DNA of 63,713 nucleotides, filler included, from Craspedostauros australis (GCA_030167865.1; 11 parts of 11 records of this genome joined end to end with filler, not necessarily neighbours in it), one strand, 5' to 3'. Numbered from the whole stretch's first letter, positions 36,344 to 50,077 are shown. A program made the numbers and translations. The notes: generated by a model not told the origin, from the letters alone.

Positions 36344-38892
36344 ATCGTGAGGAGTTGCACCCTACAACACGGCGTATCGCGGTGTTTGTTTTCTGACTTT
36401 TGCAAATCTGAACCCACGCAGTAACACACACATTTGTCGTGTTGTCTCCGTGTTATATTCCATCTGCAATTGCATGAGACCTGCAAGTTGCCTCTCATGC
36501 TCACAGTTCCAAGATCTCAATCTTTGGAGCTCGACAGTCTTCACCTACTCATACGAATAACTCAATAACAAACAATCATCCTCACCAACAACTACGAATT
36601 GATCACTCTGCGTTTTCGGTGCGGTACCCTACCCATATTCGATTTCGTTCTATCAGATTAACAGTCGCAAGCTTTCACCTACTGAATTGATTGCGTGACA
36701 TTTCACCCACCTTCATTCCTCGTTCATCAACGAGTGATCCCTTCACACTTCCTTCACGTGACGACGTGATTCTGACCTCCCTTTGGCCTTCCTGCATCTG
36801 CAGTACCCCTCTCTTTCGGTTCCCCTGCTGAGATCGGGCCTTCCCATTCAGCACCTCAAGAATTCCTGCAGCACCCTTTCGCACCAGAAGACATTCCTGT
36901 CAGTGCATTCCAGTCCCAGCTACCTTCCGGTTCCATCCATCTGCAACTTCCCTTCCCCATCCATCCATCTCCCATCATGACAACTGCTGAGACGGATCTC
37001 GCCACCTTGGACCATATCCTTGGCGTCATTGGCATCCCTTCTGATTCTACCCCTCGCGACATCATCGCTCATGAGGACATTGTCAGCCCTCTTGACCTTG
37101 TATCCCTCACTGAGGATGATCTTCGCAGCTTCCATCTCAGTGGCCACACTGATGATGGCGAACCCTTCACCGCATCCCTTGGCATCAACCACATCCGCAA
37201 GATCCTGAACCTTGGCAAATGGTACCTCACCCAGTCCATCCTGGATGATGATACCTGGAACGATCTGGATCGGGCTACTTTCATGGCATTCACAGCCGAG
37301 CAGAGCAACCCTTCCATTTCTTCTTCGCGCTCACATTCGAACGCAAGCACACCCATTCCATCTCCGATGGGGATGAACAACCATTCCACTCCTCCTTCCG
37401 CATTCCGTCCTGTGCCCGAGGAACCGCCGCATGTGAACTTCGCATTCGATCCTTCGGGTTCGGTACCCGGGGGTGGCTACCCCCAACCACCTGTGACCCC
37501 TTCCATGCCAACCTCATCCGGTTTCCAGGGCGTCCGATCNNNNNNNNNNNNNNNNNNNNNNNNNNNNNNNNNNNNNNNNNNNNNNNNNNTCTCAGTGGCC
37601 ACACTGATGATGGCGAACCCTTCACCGCATCCCTTGGCATCAACCACATCCGCAAGATCCTGAACCTTGGCAAGTGGTACCTCACCCAGTCCATCCTGGA
37701 TGATGGTACCTGGAACGATCTGGATCGGGCTACCTTCATGGCATTCACGGCTGAGCAGAGCAACCCTTCCATTTCTTCTTTGCGCTTGCATTCGAACGCA
37801 AGCTCACCCATTCCATCTCCGATGGGGATGAACAACCATTCCTCTCCTCCTTCCGCATTTCGTCCTGTGCCCGAGGAACCGCCGCATGTGAACTTCGCAT
37901 TCGATCCTTCGGGTTCGGTATCCGGGGGTGGCTACCCCCAATCACCTGTGACCCCTTCCATGCCAACCTCATCCGGTTTCCAGGGCGTCCGATCCGAGGA
38001 ACTTCCAGCTGACTACGTCAAAGAGTTCAGCAAGGCCATCAAGCGAGAGACCTTGTCTCTTCCTACCCTCAAGGATGACAAGCACTTCCTCACCTTCATG
38101 CGGACCTTCGAGACCCTCTCATTCTCCCACGGATTGAACCATCACCTCGACATGGATTTCATCCCCGCTCCAAAGGATGAGACCTTCTTCGCGAGTCAGA
38201 ACCGGTACCTCTTCGCCGTTTTGACCGAGCATGTCAAGACATCCAAAGGACGCCGCATCGTCCGTGCCTTCAAGAAGACTTGCGATGGCAGAGCTGCATA
38301 CGCCGACCTGGTCGACAGCTACACTGGCGGTGTCGTTGGGGAGACTCTCTCCATCAAGTACCGTGATGCCATTGTCGCATTCCGGCTGGACCAATCCTGG
38401 ACCAAGAGCCGTGAGCAGTTCCTCGATGCCTGGGAGACCAAGCTCGATGATATTGAAGAGCTCGACGATGCATGCGTCGATGAGGCGGTCAAGCAGCAAT
38501 GGCTGCGCACCGCTATTGGTCCCGACGTTGACTTGACTCGGGCATATACCAACACCAAGTCCAACTCTCGTCAACGCCACAAGCAGTCTCGTGGTTTCAT
38601 CAAGATCGGTGTCTCTTTCGAGGACCTTCTCGAGTTCGTCCGTGACGAGGCTCAGTCCCTCGATGCCAACCAACCTCGCACTACATCCAAGCGCAAGGTC
38701 AACAACGCAAAGACCTCGGACTCCAACAACAAGGGCAATGGCAAGGACTACTCCAAGGATGATCGCCGCTCCATTCCCAACGAAGAGTGGCGTGGCATGT
38801 CCAAGGACCAGCGCAAGGCTTTCCTCGACGCAAAGGGGAAGTGGCGCAAGAACAAGGGCAAAGGCAAAGGCGATTCCAATCGCTCTGCCAAC
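36344..38892 (+). mobile_element. 5' part of a CoDi-type Copia element: LTR end (~36543), leader, gag ORF 36977..38892
   Basis: GCTCACAGTTC at 36499; gag FSKAIKRE..PTLKDDKHF..QNRYLFAVL..VKTSKGRRIV..DGRAAY. 37136-37539 is re-read at 37590-37993 across a gap. Confidence 0.8.
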
Positions 38893-39484
38893 NNNNNNNN
38901 NNNNNNNNNNNNNNNNNNNNNNNNNNNNNNNNNNNNTTAATTAATTAANNNNNNNNNNNNNNNNNNNNNNNNNNNNNNNNNNNNNNNNNNNNCATGTCAA
39001 ACGAAACTTTCGTTTGACATGCCATGTAATTTGAAGAGTCCCGCCAAATACGAACTCCACGCGGAAGTAAACTGAATTGACAATTTTTTATCCAATCATA
39101 AGCGTGCATGTTTCTTCGGTTCGCATCTTCATTGTTCTTGAATTGCCTTGTTTCTTTCCTAGACTATCGTTGATGTGAACGGTTCGAGTCAGCCATGTTG
39201 CAGCATGCACGAAGCTGATCCTTGCCTTTTCGCAGGCTTTGTCCTCAGGCAACCAATTCCACACATGTCGAGACATGTTTTGGAGAAGTCGTAGTTGTTG
39301 TTTACCACATAGATTATAGTCTTTAACTATGCGCCGTAGGCGCTTTGTGNCGCCTCGTTTTTCTGCATGAGTCATCCGGCAGGAACGGATGATGTTGGGG
39401 AAGCTGCTGTCCTTGTGGTGTATTCGATTGTGTGCATTATATAGCGTGCATTAGATAGTGTAGGTGCAGTTAGAGCATGCATGT

Positions 39485-40938
39485 TATAATAATAATAATA
39501 ATAATAACGCACAGATTATCCCCTCACACGAGGGTCGCCTCGAAAGCTTTAACGTCGCCGGCGTACAGCGAGCCCATACGGGCCGACTGCGCTCGAACAA
39601 CCTACCTAGATCTCTCACTCCTTGGTCTACCGCGGGTTGCCAATTCCACGGGCCATCAAACATACCGCACTGGGCACGCAACTGTTGTCGCCGTGCACTT
39701 CGCATTCTTTTTCTGTCATGGTGGAAGACGCCGCTGCCGTACCTGCCTGCCTGCTATACGCTGTCGCGCCGCATACGTCTTCCGTTTTTGCCGCCGTCCA
39801 AGCGGACCTCTTGTTCGTCGCTGCAACCCTGCTCGTCGAGCTGCCCTGACATGCCAGACCCACCGCATCTGGTTCTGCGCAGACTGTGCCCGAACCGCTG
39901 CCTCTGTCGTATGAGTCAGCAGTGTGGTGTCGTCGCCACCGATGTCCTGTGTGCCTTTGCGCCACTCGTCCTGTACCGCCTGCTTTGCTTCCCGGAAGAT
40001 TTCGGCAGCTTCGGCCGCAACTTCGCTTTCATGCAGCACTTTGTTGCGCGCCATCCATGCTTTCCACCTGACTTCCCAGAGCCCTGCCATAGCTTTCGCA
40101 ATCCAATTCGCCGGCCGTCCGGGGCTATCGTTCGCCAGCATGGTGGATTCCTGAATCTTCTGCCACTTTGCCGACCACCGTCCTCTTACCAGCATGCCCC
40201 AGCCTATCGCTGCTTGTTCCTCCACTGCTTTCCTCAGCTGTGGACCGCCATCGATAGATACTGTCCTGCCTTCGCTCCATGCACGCACCTGTCGCACAAG
40301 CTCTCTCACCATCATCCCATCTCCTCTTGCCGCCATCATCTGAGTCTCCCATTGCTTCAAAGCCTCGAGTCGCACCGCCACCGCCAGTGGATGTGCGCAT
40401 TGCATCACATGCNNNNNNNNNNNNNNNNNNNNNNNNNNNNNNNNNNNNNNNNNNNNNNNNNNNTTTGCATATTGGGCACTTGTCATTGCTCCAAAACCTC
40501 CATTTGCGCATGTTGCGCCCGACCGGCCCAAAGCTGCACGCGTGCTTCGCCACCCACTTCCGTCTCGACGGCTTCAGACTTGCCATTGCCAGTCGAGCTG
40601 CATGAACGTCGACCTTTCCTGCTTCCTCCTTTTGGAGCCGGCCTACTTTGCATTGCCAGTGTACTGTCCGTCGCCCCTGAATGCATCTTCGTAGCATCGA
40701 CGCCGTATCAGTNCACACCTTTCTCCCGCCGACCCATATCGCCCATTCCTGGTGGCACATTTCTTCGTCTTCACACGCCGCTGTCGCAGACTGAGCTGCC
40801 CCTGCGGCTTTGTCGACGTCGTCGTTCCACACTGCATACTCATCCTGTTTCACGCCTCGGTCCCGCTCCAGCTGATGGCCGTAGACATGCTTGTACTTCA
40901 GCTGTACTGTCAGCCTCCGCTGGATACTTCGGATTTCG
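39485..40938 (-). mobile_element. 3' end of a non-LTR retrotransposon (Ambal-like) with (TTA)n tail
   Basis: RRKWVAKHAC..GRNMRKWRFWSNDKCPIC, QAAIGWGMLVRGRWS..W, WKAWMARNKVLH; (AAT)n on + strand at 39485-39507. Confidence 0.8.
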
Positions 40939-41038
40939 NNNNNNNNNNNNNNNNNNNNNNNNNNNNNNNNNNNNNNNNNNNNTTAATTAATTAANNNNNN
41001 NNNNNNNNNNNNNNNNNNNNNNNNNNNNNNNNNNNNNN

Positions 41039-42232
41039 CGTGCATCACCAAGAGCAGGACACATGGACAGAGTGAAACGCATCTACGGGTACCTTCGCAA
41101 ATACCCAGATGCCTCCATCCGCTTCCGAACCGGAATCCCCAACCATGAAGAACACTACGACATCCCACAGCACGAATGGATGTACTCTGTGTACGGACCC
41201 AACCAAGAGGAGCTGCCGGCAGATGCACCAACAGCCAAAGGCAAACCTGTACGTACCACAACTTTCGTTGATGCGAATCTCATGCACTGCAAGGTGACTG
41301 GGAAATCAGCAACTGGTATCGTGCATCTCATCAACCAAACACCCATCGAATGGTTCTCGAAGCGACAGTCCACCGTGGAAACGGCCACCTACGGATCAGA
41401 ATTCGTGGCAGCACGGTTGGCAACCGAACAGATCCTATCCATCCGCTTGATGCTGTACGAAATGGGAATACCAGTGGACGGCCCAAGCTGGCTCTTTGGT
41501 GACAACCAGAGCGTAGTCACATCATCCACCATCCCAACTAGTGTACTATCCAAGAGACACAACGCACTGGCCTACCACCGAGTCCGATCGGCCATCGCTG
41601 CTGGGACGATGTACTTCATCAAGATCAAGGGAAACCAGAACATCGCCGACATCCTCACGAAATTCCTTCCACGATCGNNNNNNNNNNNNNNNNNNNNNNN
41701 NNNNNNNNNNNNNNNNNNNNNNNNNNNNNNNNNNNNNNNNNNNNNNNNNNNNNNNNNNNNNNNNNNNNNNNNNNNNNNNNNNNNNNNNNNNNNNNNNNNN
41801 NNNNNNNNNNNNNNNNNNNNNNNNNNNNNNNNNNNNNNNNNNNNNNNNNNGACACATGATTTTCGGCATAAGAGGGACACACTAGGGAGAACATCAGAGA
41901 TTCGGTCTGGCCATCGCCCGGCAAACATGTGATGCCCAATTCGATCTGATATACTTCCCAACTAAACCTGAAATGACAACACACTCGATGACCTCAAGCA
42001 TCATCAATGGAATGTGGAATCGACAGAGCNNNNNNNNNNNNNNNNNNNNNNNNNNNNNNNNNNNNNNNNNNNNNNNNNNATCGCTGCTGGGACGATGTAC
42101 TTCATCAAGATCAAGGGAAACCAGAACATCGCCGACATCCTCACGAAATTCCTTCCACGATCGATTTTCTGGGACCTCATCCAACCACTATTGTTTTGGA
42201 AGGGCAACACCGATCCCACCCACAACAAGTGA
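41039..42232 (+). mobile_element. Copia RT end and RNase H (second lineage)
   Basis: FVDANLMH..TGKSATG..SKRQSTVETATYGSEFVAAR..GDNQSV..HNALAYHRVR..NIADILTK; terminus re-read after gaps, stop at 42232. Confidence 0.9.
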
Positions 42233-42257
42233 CTGCGAAAAGATACGTTTCGGGGAG

Positions 42258-42614
42258 TATTAGCACAACGCTTTATTCACCTGANNNNNNNNNNNNNNNN
42301 NNNNNNNNNNNNNNNNNNNNNNNNNNNNNNNNNNNNNNNNNNNNNNNNNNNNNNNNNNNNNNNNNNNNNNNNNNNNNNNNNNNNNNNNNNNNNNNNNNNN
42401 NNNNNNNNNNNNNNNNNNNNNNNNNNNNNNNCTGATATACTTCCCAACTAAACCTGAAATGACAACACACTCGATGACCTCAAGCATCATCAATGGAATG
42501 TGGAATCGACAGAGCCATGGAACGGTGATAAGTGACGTCGACACAGAAGACATCATCGCCACATCATGGGTCATCTCCACATCAGAACAAGATCGGATTC
42601 GAGGTGCAATGACT
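42258..42614 (+). mobile_element. Probable start of 3' LTR after PPT
   Basis: GGGGAG (42252-42257) about 20 nt after the pol stop, followed by TATTAG; gapped. Confidence 0.55.
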
Positions 42615-43297
42615 NNNNNNNNNNNNNNNNNNNNNNNNNNNNNNNNNNNNNNNNNNNNTTAATTAATTAANNNNNNNNNNNNNNNNNNNNNNNNNNNNNN
42701 NNNNNNNNNNNNNNGTGACAACGGAGACAGTCTCCTCCCATAAATCCATCATTAGCACACACACACACACACACATCCTCCCGTACAGATACTGACAGAA
42801 CCTTTCACAACATCACCATCGAGGCTGCTGGATACCATCTCAGTCTGGCATCGACCGTCAATGACGTCACCATTTTCGTCCACGGTGAGGACAAGCCAGC
42901 CATGTATTTGTGTCGTAGAAGCTAGCGAAATATATCTAAACCTAATGGACAAGACGAAAAATTGATATCTAAAAATATCACGTTTCAGTATCTCAAATCC
43001 GCAGAATAATACTCGACTTCGCTGAATGGGGCCTTATGCTGTGGCGTGCGTGTCTGATCCTGGGTTGTCTCGAAGGATTTATTGACCTCTTGAAGTCTGT
43101 TGTGTTCCTCGTGCTTCTCTTTTTCCCAACGCTTCTGATTGTCTTCGTAGCGTTGACTCGTTCGACTAATGATGTCAACAATTCGAACATTCGTTCTTGA
43201 TCTCCGTGAGCCATCACGAAACACAGCGACCCTTGGCGCACTCAATCTGTAGGAGCAAGCGTGCGTAATACCTTTGCTCTGTCCACATCAATCCACA

Positions 43298-46200
43298 TCA
43301 ATCCATTCCGCGCTGGTTTTTCATCAACAGATCCATCATGCGACGTCCGACTTCGGAATCATCGCCATGGATACGTTCGCACATCTCCATCGGACTTTCG
43401 ACGGCGGCGCTGGATTTCCTGTTCACCTTGGGTTTCGGCGGATCGGGGTGACAGCCGTGCTGCAGCAGGACGGCCAAGGACTCCACATGGCGATTCAGCA
43501 CGGCCCAATGCGCAGGCGTTCTGTACCAGCGATCGAAGCAATTGAAGTCATGATCGCTTGGATTCGCGTCCTCGTCGTGCATGCGTTCCTGCATCACGTA
43601 CTCCACGATCGCGGTGTGCCCGGCTCGGGCGGCGCAGTGCAACACGCTCTGCTTGTTGCCNNNNNNNNNNNNNNNNNNNNNNNNNNNNNNNNNNNNNNNN
43701 NNNNNNNNNNGGAATCATCGCCATGGATACGTTCGCACATCTCCATCGGACTTTCGACGGCGGCGCTGGATTTCCTGTTCACCTTGGGTTTCGGCGGATC
43801 GGGGTGACAGCCGTGCTGCAGCAGGACGGCCAAGGACTCCNNNNNNNNNNNNNNNNNNNNNNNNNNNNNNNNNNNNNNNNNNNNNNNNNNNNNNNNNNNN
43901 NNNNNNNNNNNNNNNNNNNNNNNNNNNNNNNNNNNNNNNNNNNNNNNNNNNACGTACTCCACGATCGCGGTGTGCCCGGCTCGGGCGGCGCAGTGCAACA
44001 CGCTCTGCTTGTTGCCGTCCCTCATCTTGATGGGGGATCCGCTCTGCAGAAGCATCTTCACGCAATCCAGACGTTCCTGATCGTCTTCGTTGGTATCGAC
44101 AAGCCCCGTCCGCAACAATCGAGAATTGGAGGCGGCCGCCAAATGCAGCGGATACAATCCCGATGCATCCGGCGTGTTCCATTTGGCGTCGCAGGCGAGG
44201 AGCTTGTGCACGAGACGCGCATCGCCCTTCGCCGCGGCCAGGTGCAGGGGGCTGGATCGGAAGGTTTGCTTCTGCGCGATGCGGCCGGAGGTCTTGCCCA
44301 ACCGTCCACCGTGCGCGCCCCAGTTGGGGTCGGCGCCGAACTGCAGCAGTCCAATGGCGACGTCCGTCTGTTGCAAGGTGCACGCCTGCAGCAGCGCGTC
44401 GTACAGTCGCTGTTGTTCGGCGTCATGCGGCGATGCAACGTCTGTGGTTGCCATTGGCGACGGCGATGATGTTTGGGTCGCGGAATCAGCTGTCCCACTT
44501 TGCTTTTCATGATCCCAAGCGTGGCTGCAAACGTTATGATCATCAAGCATGTCGATGTAATGCTTCAGCTTCGTCGCGCGAAGGATATGAACAACATTGA
44601 AGGGTCCCTCCAATGTTCCGTATTCTCCACCGAGATGCCGAGTGTTGTTGATGTTGTGATGCATTGCGTACAGGGCACGCGTGATCCGCGTCGCGGCCAG
44701 GGAGTCTCCCCCGAGCATGCCAAAGCTGGCATTGATGGTGAGCATGGATTGTTGGCACTGTTGCAGATTCAGACACTCGATGATTTGTTCGGCGATGAGC
44801 CTTCCCGTGTTGCCGTATTCTGCCAGTGGCGTACTCCCTTCATCGTCACCGCTGTTCTCGTCGTCATCGCAAGTATCGTTTCCGATGCTGCTGTTGGCTT
44901 GCTTGGCAAAGTTAAACTTGAGACAGTCCTGCAACCGAGGTAACTGCCCGTTGTCTCTCTTGCCCGTTGGTGATAGTGGTATTTGGGAGATCAGCACGAA
45001 GCTCGACGGCACACATGCCGATTTGATCCTGGACAGGCATGCTGCGCGAAGTAGTGCCCAGAGGGGGCTGGGACTGATGAGATAGGCCGGCGGCTGCTTC
45101 CTTGATGAATCGAATCGAACCCCCATGCTACGGAGACAGGAATCCGTGAGCACGACGTAGGCATGAAGTTCTGTCTTCGTATCGTCGTCACTGCCAATGG
45201 CGCCATCTCCATCGTCATGGAAAGCGCCGCTCTGTTCGGACCCTTGATGCAATGGAACCGTACGCGCCACGACGACGCAGCCTTGCACGATGCTTGATGA
45301 CGTGCCTGGCCACTCCTCCATGGCCGCAGCGATTTCGTTTAGCTCGATCCGAACACCATTATGCTTGATCATGCCTTCCTCGCCTTGGATTCGCCCCATC
45401 ACATGGATGCTACCATCGTGGTCGACGTATCCCCTGTCGCCTGTTCGATAGAAGCACCGCGTTGCAGCAGATTGAGTCTCGCAAATGAATTTGTGATGCA
45501 AGTCATCGCGATTCCAGTATCCGGAGAATTCATCCAGTTGGTTGCCAGAAAGCACAATCTCTCCGAATCTATCAGGACTGTTGGCAACGGCAACGATTCT
45601 GTCTTGAATTGCTTCCACATAGATCTGCACTTGCATGCCTGAGAACGGTAGTCCAACGAACCCTTTTCCGGTGGCCCGCGTCGCAGCCTTCGCTTGATTG
45701 CTCGTGACGGCTTGAGCGTGAGACGATGGCGATGGCGACGCTGGCAATGATGGCGAATGGCACACTTCTCCCATGGTTTGATATACGCATGCTTCCGTCA
45801 CACCGTACGTGGCGAACAGCTTACATTCCGTCTTGCTCGTTGCCGTTGCGCCCGCTCCCCAAACACGCCGGATAGATGCCGGAATGGGTTCGCCACCCAA
45901 CGCCAACGTCCGCAATTGCGGAAACGCAGAGGGCGGCTCCTGGACCAAACGAAACAACGTCGGCGTGCACAGCAAGTGCGTGACGTGCAGCTGCCAAAGG
46001 ATCTGTGAGAGATGACTGACGAGCCTCGATCGTGGCGCGATGGCCAGCGTCGCTTGGCATAGGAAGGTGGCCAACACATCGGACATGCATGGATCGAAGG
46101 ACAGCGCACTTGCCAACAGAACCGTAGATTCGGATGTGACAGAATGCGCTTCGTTCTTGGCACGCAGGTAGTTGTCCAACGACTGGATGGAGGACATGCA

Positions 46201-46836
46201 ACCCTTCGGCCATCCCGTTGTGCCGGACGTGTAGACCATATGCGAAAGCCGATTGTGAGACGCGATGTCGTTCGGTATCGTATGCGTTTCTGCCGAGATA
46301 GTGGACGCACTGCTGCCGTCCATTCGATCTGGACCATCCCATGTATCCGCAAGGAAGTTGATCGCCAGCTTCAGAGAAATCTGATCGCCGTGTGCCTTGC
46401 CTTTCTTGTTGGAGTCCAATTCAACTCGAAAGACTTCGTAGATCTGATGCTCAATGTCTGAATTGATCGACGGTATGCTCTGGCATAGCTGGTGCAAGTC
46501 AACGAGGTGTGATTTTTCGGCGGGCATGTAACGTGCCGATGAAGTTGATTTGATCCGCCCTTCGACAGCTGCGTTGCCATTGCTGTTTCCAGCGTCACGA
46601 TGAACAATAGATCGGAGAATCTGATAGTCGGCACCGCCTTGCGACGTGGACAGCACCAGCAACGGCCTCGAATCCTCCATCATATGCGCGATCCTCTGTT
46701 TCGCGTCTTGGCTGGGCTCGATCGGAATCATGACCGCGTGCCCGTGGTACGCTGCGCCATCGCGTTGCCCAAGTCGGAAGGGATGATTGAGACAATGCAC
46801 CGCGAGGATGACGAGGGGCAGGAGCGGACCTTCCGG
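43298..46836 (-). CDS. NRPS-like protein: adenylation domain, carrier domain, ankyrin repeats; 5' truncated
   Basis: YTSGTTGWPKG, SFDP, LGGE, TYGVTEA, YRTGD, IKHNGVRIEL, PLSPTGKRD; LGGDSLAA (Ser codon 44703-44701); ankyrins SPLHLAA, YPLHLAA, SVLHCAA, TPAHWAV. C-terminus completed by overlap copy 43298-43660. Confidence 0.88.
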
Positions 46837-46936
46837 NNNNNNNNNNNNNNNNNNNNNNNNNNNNNNNNNNNNNNNNNNNNTTAATTAATTAANNNNNNNN
46901 NNNNNNNNNNNNNNNNNNNNNNNNNNNNNNNNNNNN

Positions 46937-49320
46937 GAATCTCGCAACAACCAAGATCCTAATCACGAGAGACGTGACATGGATGAATCAGTCATACGGG
47001 CAATTCAGAGGTATCGAGAACGCCAACAGATCTGTGCTGATAGATCTAGAAGATGACGACTCCACGTCGGGTATGAACACCCGAGCTACGAGGACAACTT
47101 GGGAGCGACGATCGGAGACCATCAAGAGCATGGAGGCCAACGACGCGGATTGCAGCAGCAGAGCCGAAGAAATAGAAGATACTGATGACGCTGCGCGAGG
47201 GCAAGATAGCTTGCTCCCTGCCCAAGGGGATAATGAATCGAACGAAGAGAACGACGGTGAATTCGGAAGGGACGACGAGGGGAAAGTAGACGAAGCGGCC
47301 GAGAACGAGCCCAAAGACACTCCTGTCGCAGAACCTGTAACACACATACCAAGGATGCTGAGCGCTCTCGCCGGGTACAACAATGACCCAATCCCAGAGG
47401 AGGAGCGAGATCTCGGATCAAGTGATGAGTCAGAACCTAATGACAGCGAGGGATATGTGACACCTGAAGAGACCATCACAACTCCACCGGAAACAGGAGG
47501 ACCCGACTTCCACGCAGACGGGTCAATATTCAACAGAGATATTGCAGGTACGATGATAGACACACCTCATGGAATGATGAGACTAGATGACATCATCGCT
47601 GCGGACCAGGCATTGAAAGAAGAAAGAAATGAGGAAGGGGCAGAATACGCGAATGTCGCAATGCTACTAGACCCCACCACATTCGAAGACTGCTGGGACC
47701 ATGCAGATCCCAACAAAAGAAAGAAATGGCGCGAAGCTATCAACAAAGAGTTCTATGATATGGCCAGAAGGAAAGTATGGGAGAAAATCAAGAAGGACCA
47801 GATGCCGAAGGATCGGCGGTGTGTGAAGACCAAATGGGTTTTCAAGGAAAAGAGAAACGGGGTATTCCACGCCAGACTCGTGGCATGCGGATACTCGCAG
47901 ATCGCAGGAGTCGACTTCTCAGCGCACCACGCACCGGTGATACATGATGCAACNNNNNNNNNNNNNNNNNNNNNNNNNNNNNNNNNNNNNNNNNNNNNNN
48001 NNNCCAGTGATACACGATGCTACATATCGAATCATGCTCACGATGAAGATGATATTACATATGGACAGTATCATCATCGACTTTGAGGCAGCATTCCTGC
48101 ATGGAGAACTCGATGAAGAGATCTACATGCAATGCCCGAAGGGTATGAGACACGAAGCCGACGAATGCCTGCTACTCAAGAAAACCATCTACGGACTCGT
48201 GCAGAGCGCGAGACAATGGAATAAGAAGCTCGTCGACATCCTATTCAAATTGGGGTTCAGACAGAGCGAGGTGGACCCATGCCTGCTGATTCGGAATCAG
48301 GAAGGGAGACTGCTACTGATCAGCACCTATGTGGACGATTGCCTCTGCATCGGAGAGGAGCAGGAACTGAAGAGGCTTGTGAAGGATATCCGAGCGGAAC
48401 GATTCGGAGTCAAAGTGGAGGAAGATCTCGAAGACTACCTGAGCTGCAAGATCATCTTCAATCACGACAGGACGAACTGTTGGGTGAACCAACCACACAT
48501 CCTGAAGAACATCATCGATACGTTCGGATGCGATGTGGTGAAGCTGCAACGATATGGAACGCCTGGGACACCAGGGCAAGGCATCCAAAGGCAAAGCGAT
48601 GCACCCAAAGTGGACAAGCAGCGACACAGCAGATACCGAAGCGGAGTAGGTATGCTGCTATACCTGGTGAAACACTCTCGACCCGACATCGCCAACGCAG
48701 TGCGAGAATTGACCAAGGTGTTGGATGGACCAACGGCCGCAGCATACAAGGAAATGCTTCGAGTCATGAAGTTTGTATGGGACACGAGAGAGTATGGACT
48801 GAAGATGAAACCAAGTCCACTGACCCAAGATGCATGGAANATTGCAATATACACCGACAGCGAATTCGCAGGTGACAAGGACAATCGCATCAGCGTAGGA
48901 GGGCACATCGTCCTACTACAAGGAGTGCCAATCATATGGAGATCAAAGGCACAACGAAGTGTAACACTCAGCTCGACAGAAGCAGAGTACGTCGCCCTGT
49001 CGGAGGCAGGAAAAGAAATTCGCTTCGTGACACAATTGATGAACGACATCGGACTGAGGATGCACAAGCCGGCAGATGTGATGGTCGATAATGTTGGAGC
49101 GATCTTCATCGCGTCCAATCCATCAACATCCGCCAGGACACGGCACATCGACATCCGACATCATTTCATTCGAGAACTGATTACAAACGGAGAGGCCAGA
49201 ACCAAATTTGTGCGTTCTGAAGACAACATCGCAGACGGCTTTACGAAGAATACCAAAAAGGAGACCTATGAAAAACACAGGGATCACTACATCCAACTGC
49301 GTTCCACAATGGATCAATGA
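46937..49320 (+). mobile_element. Copia pol (integrase end, RT, RNase H), apparently open apart from a gap
   Basis: ITRDVTW, KTKWVFKEK..ARLVACGYSQ, DFEAAFLHG, YGLVQSARQW, TYVDD, YTDSEFAGD, LSSTEAEY, VDN, NIADGFTK. Confidence 0.95.
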
Positions 49321-49396
49321 CGGAAAGGAGAGGACGCGAAAATTATGAAAAATGTGAGAGTGTGAGTGATGTGTTGTCGATGCAACAATGGAAGGG

Positions 49397-50077
49397 TGTC
49401 AGGAATCGAGGGTACGACTCTGTCGGAAAGATACCCATGATTGCTGCAACTCCCAACATTATTTGTCACACTTTTGGATATTATTCGTCACACCATTGAA
49501 TATTGTCCATTCCACCCACGACACGAATCACACGGGAATGACCTCAGTCTTACCAAGCAAACAAGCCNGTCCTNNATGAATCAAGAAAAGGCCACGANAT
49601 CTAAATCATGTGAAGGAAGATGATGACCGACACATTGATGATCACCCCATCTGGAGATCATGGCACGTGTCAGCCACGGACTAGAACATCTCAGAAAGGG
49701 CATCAACCATGACATCAACCATGACGCCAATCGTAAAGTTTGGTGTCAGGAGATCAAGAGCGAAACGCAAGACTGTGGAATCGTACCGCAGGGAATGTAG
49801 AATAAGGATATGCACGACGAGGTGCATGGAAAGAATGCCTACGGATATGCACGACGATATGCATGACAAGGATGCCTGCGGATGAGATCTCATGCATGCA
49901 AGCGTTGATTCATGATGATGAGATGCATGAATGCAATAGTCAAACACGATGCTGCTGCAGGAGATGCTACATGAGAAACGAAAGGCAAAGGAGCTGAAGA
50001 GAATGAGCTCACAGTTCTGAATAGTACGATCTAACAACCAATTAGTTCTTACTAACACTAACCCCGGATTTCCAACA
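49397..50077 (+). mobile_element. Copia 3' LTR (681 bp)
   Basis: PPT TGGAAGGG directly upstream; TGTCAGGAATC...GATTTCCAACA termini. Confidence 0.88.

Noticed and set aside
39464..40990. 508-aa plus-strand ORF
   Set aside because: Antisense shadow of the LINE fragment with no recognisable motifs.
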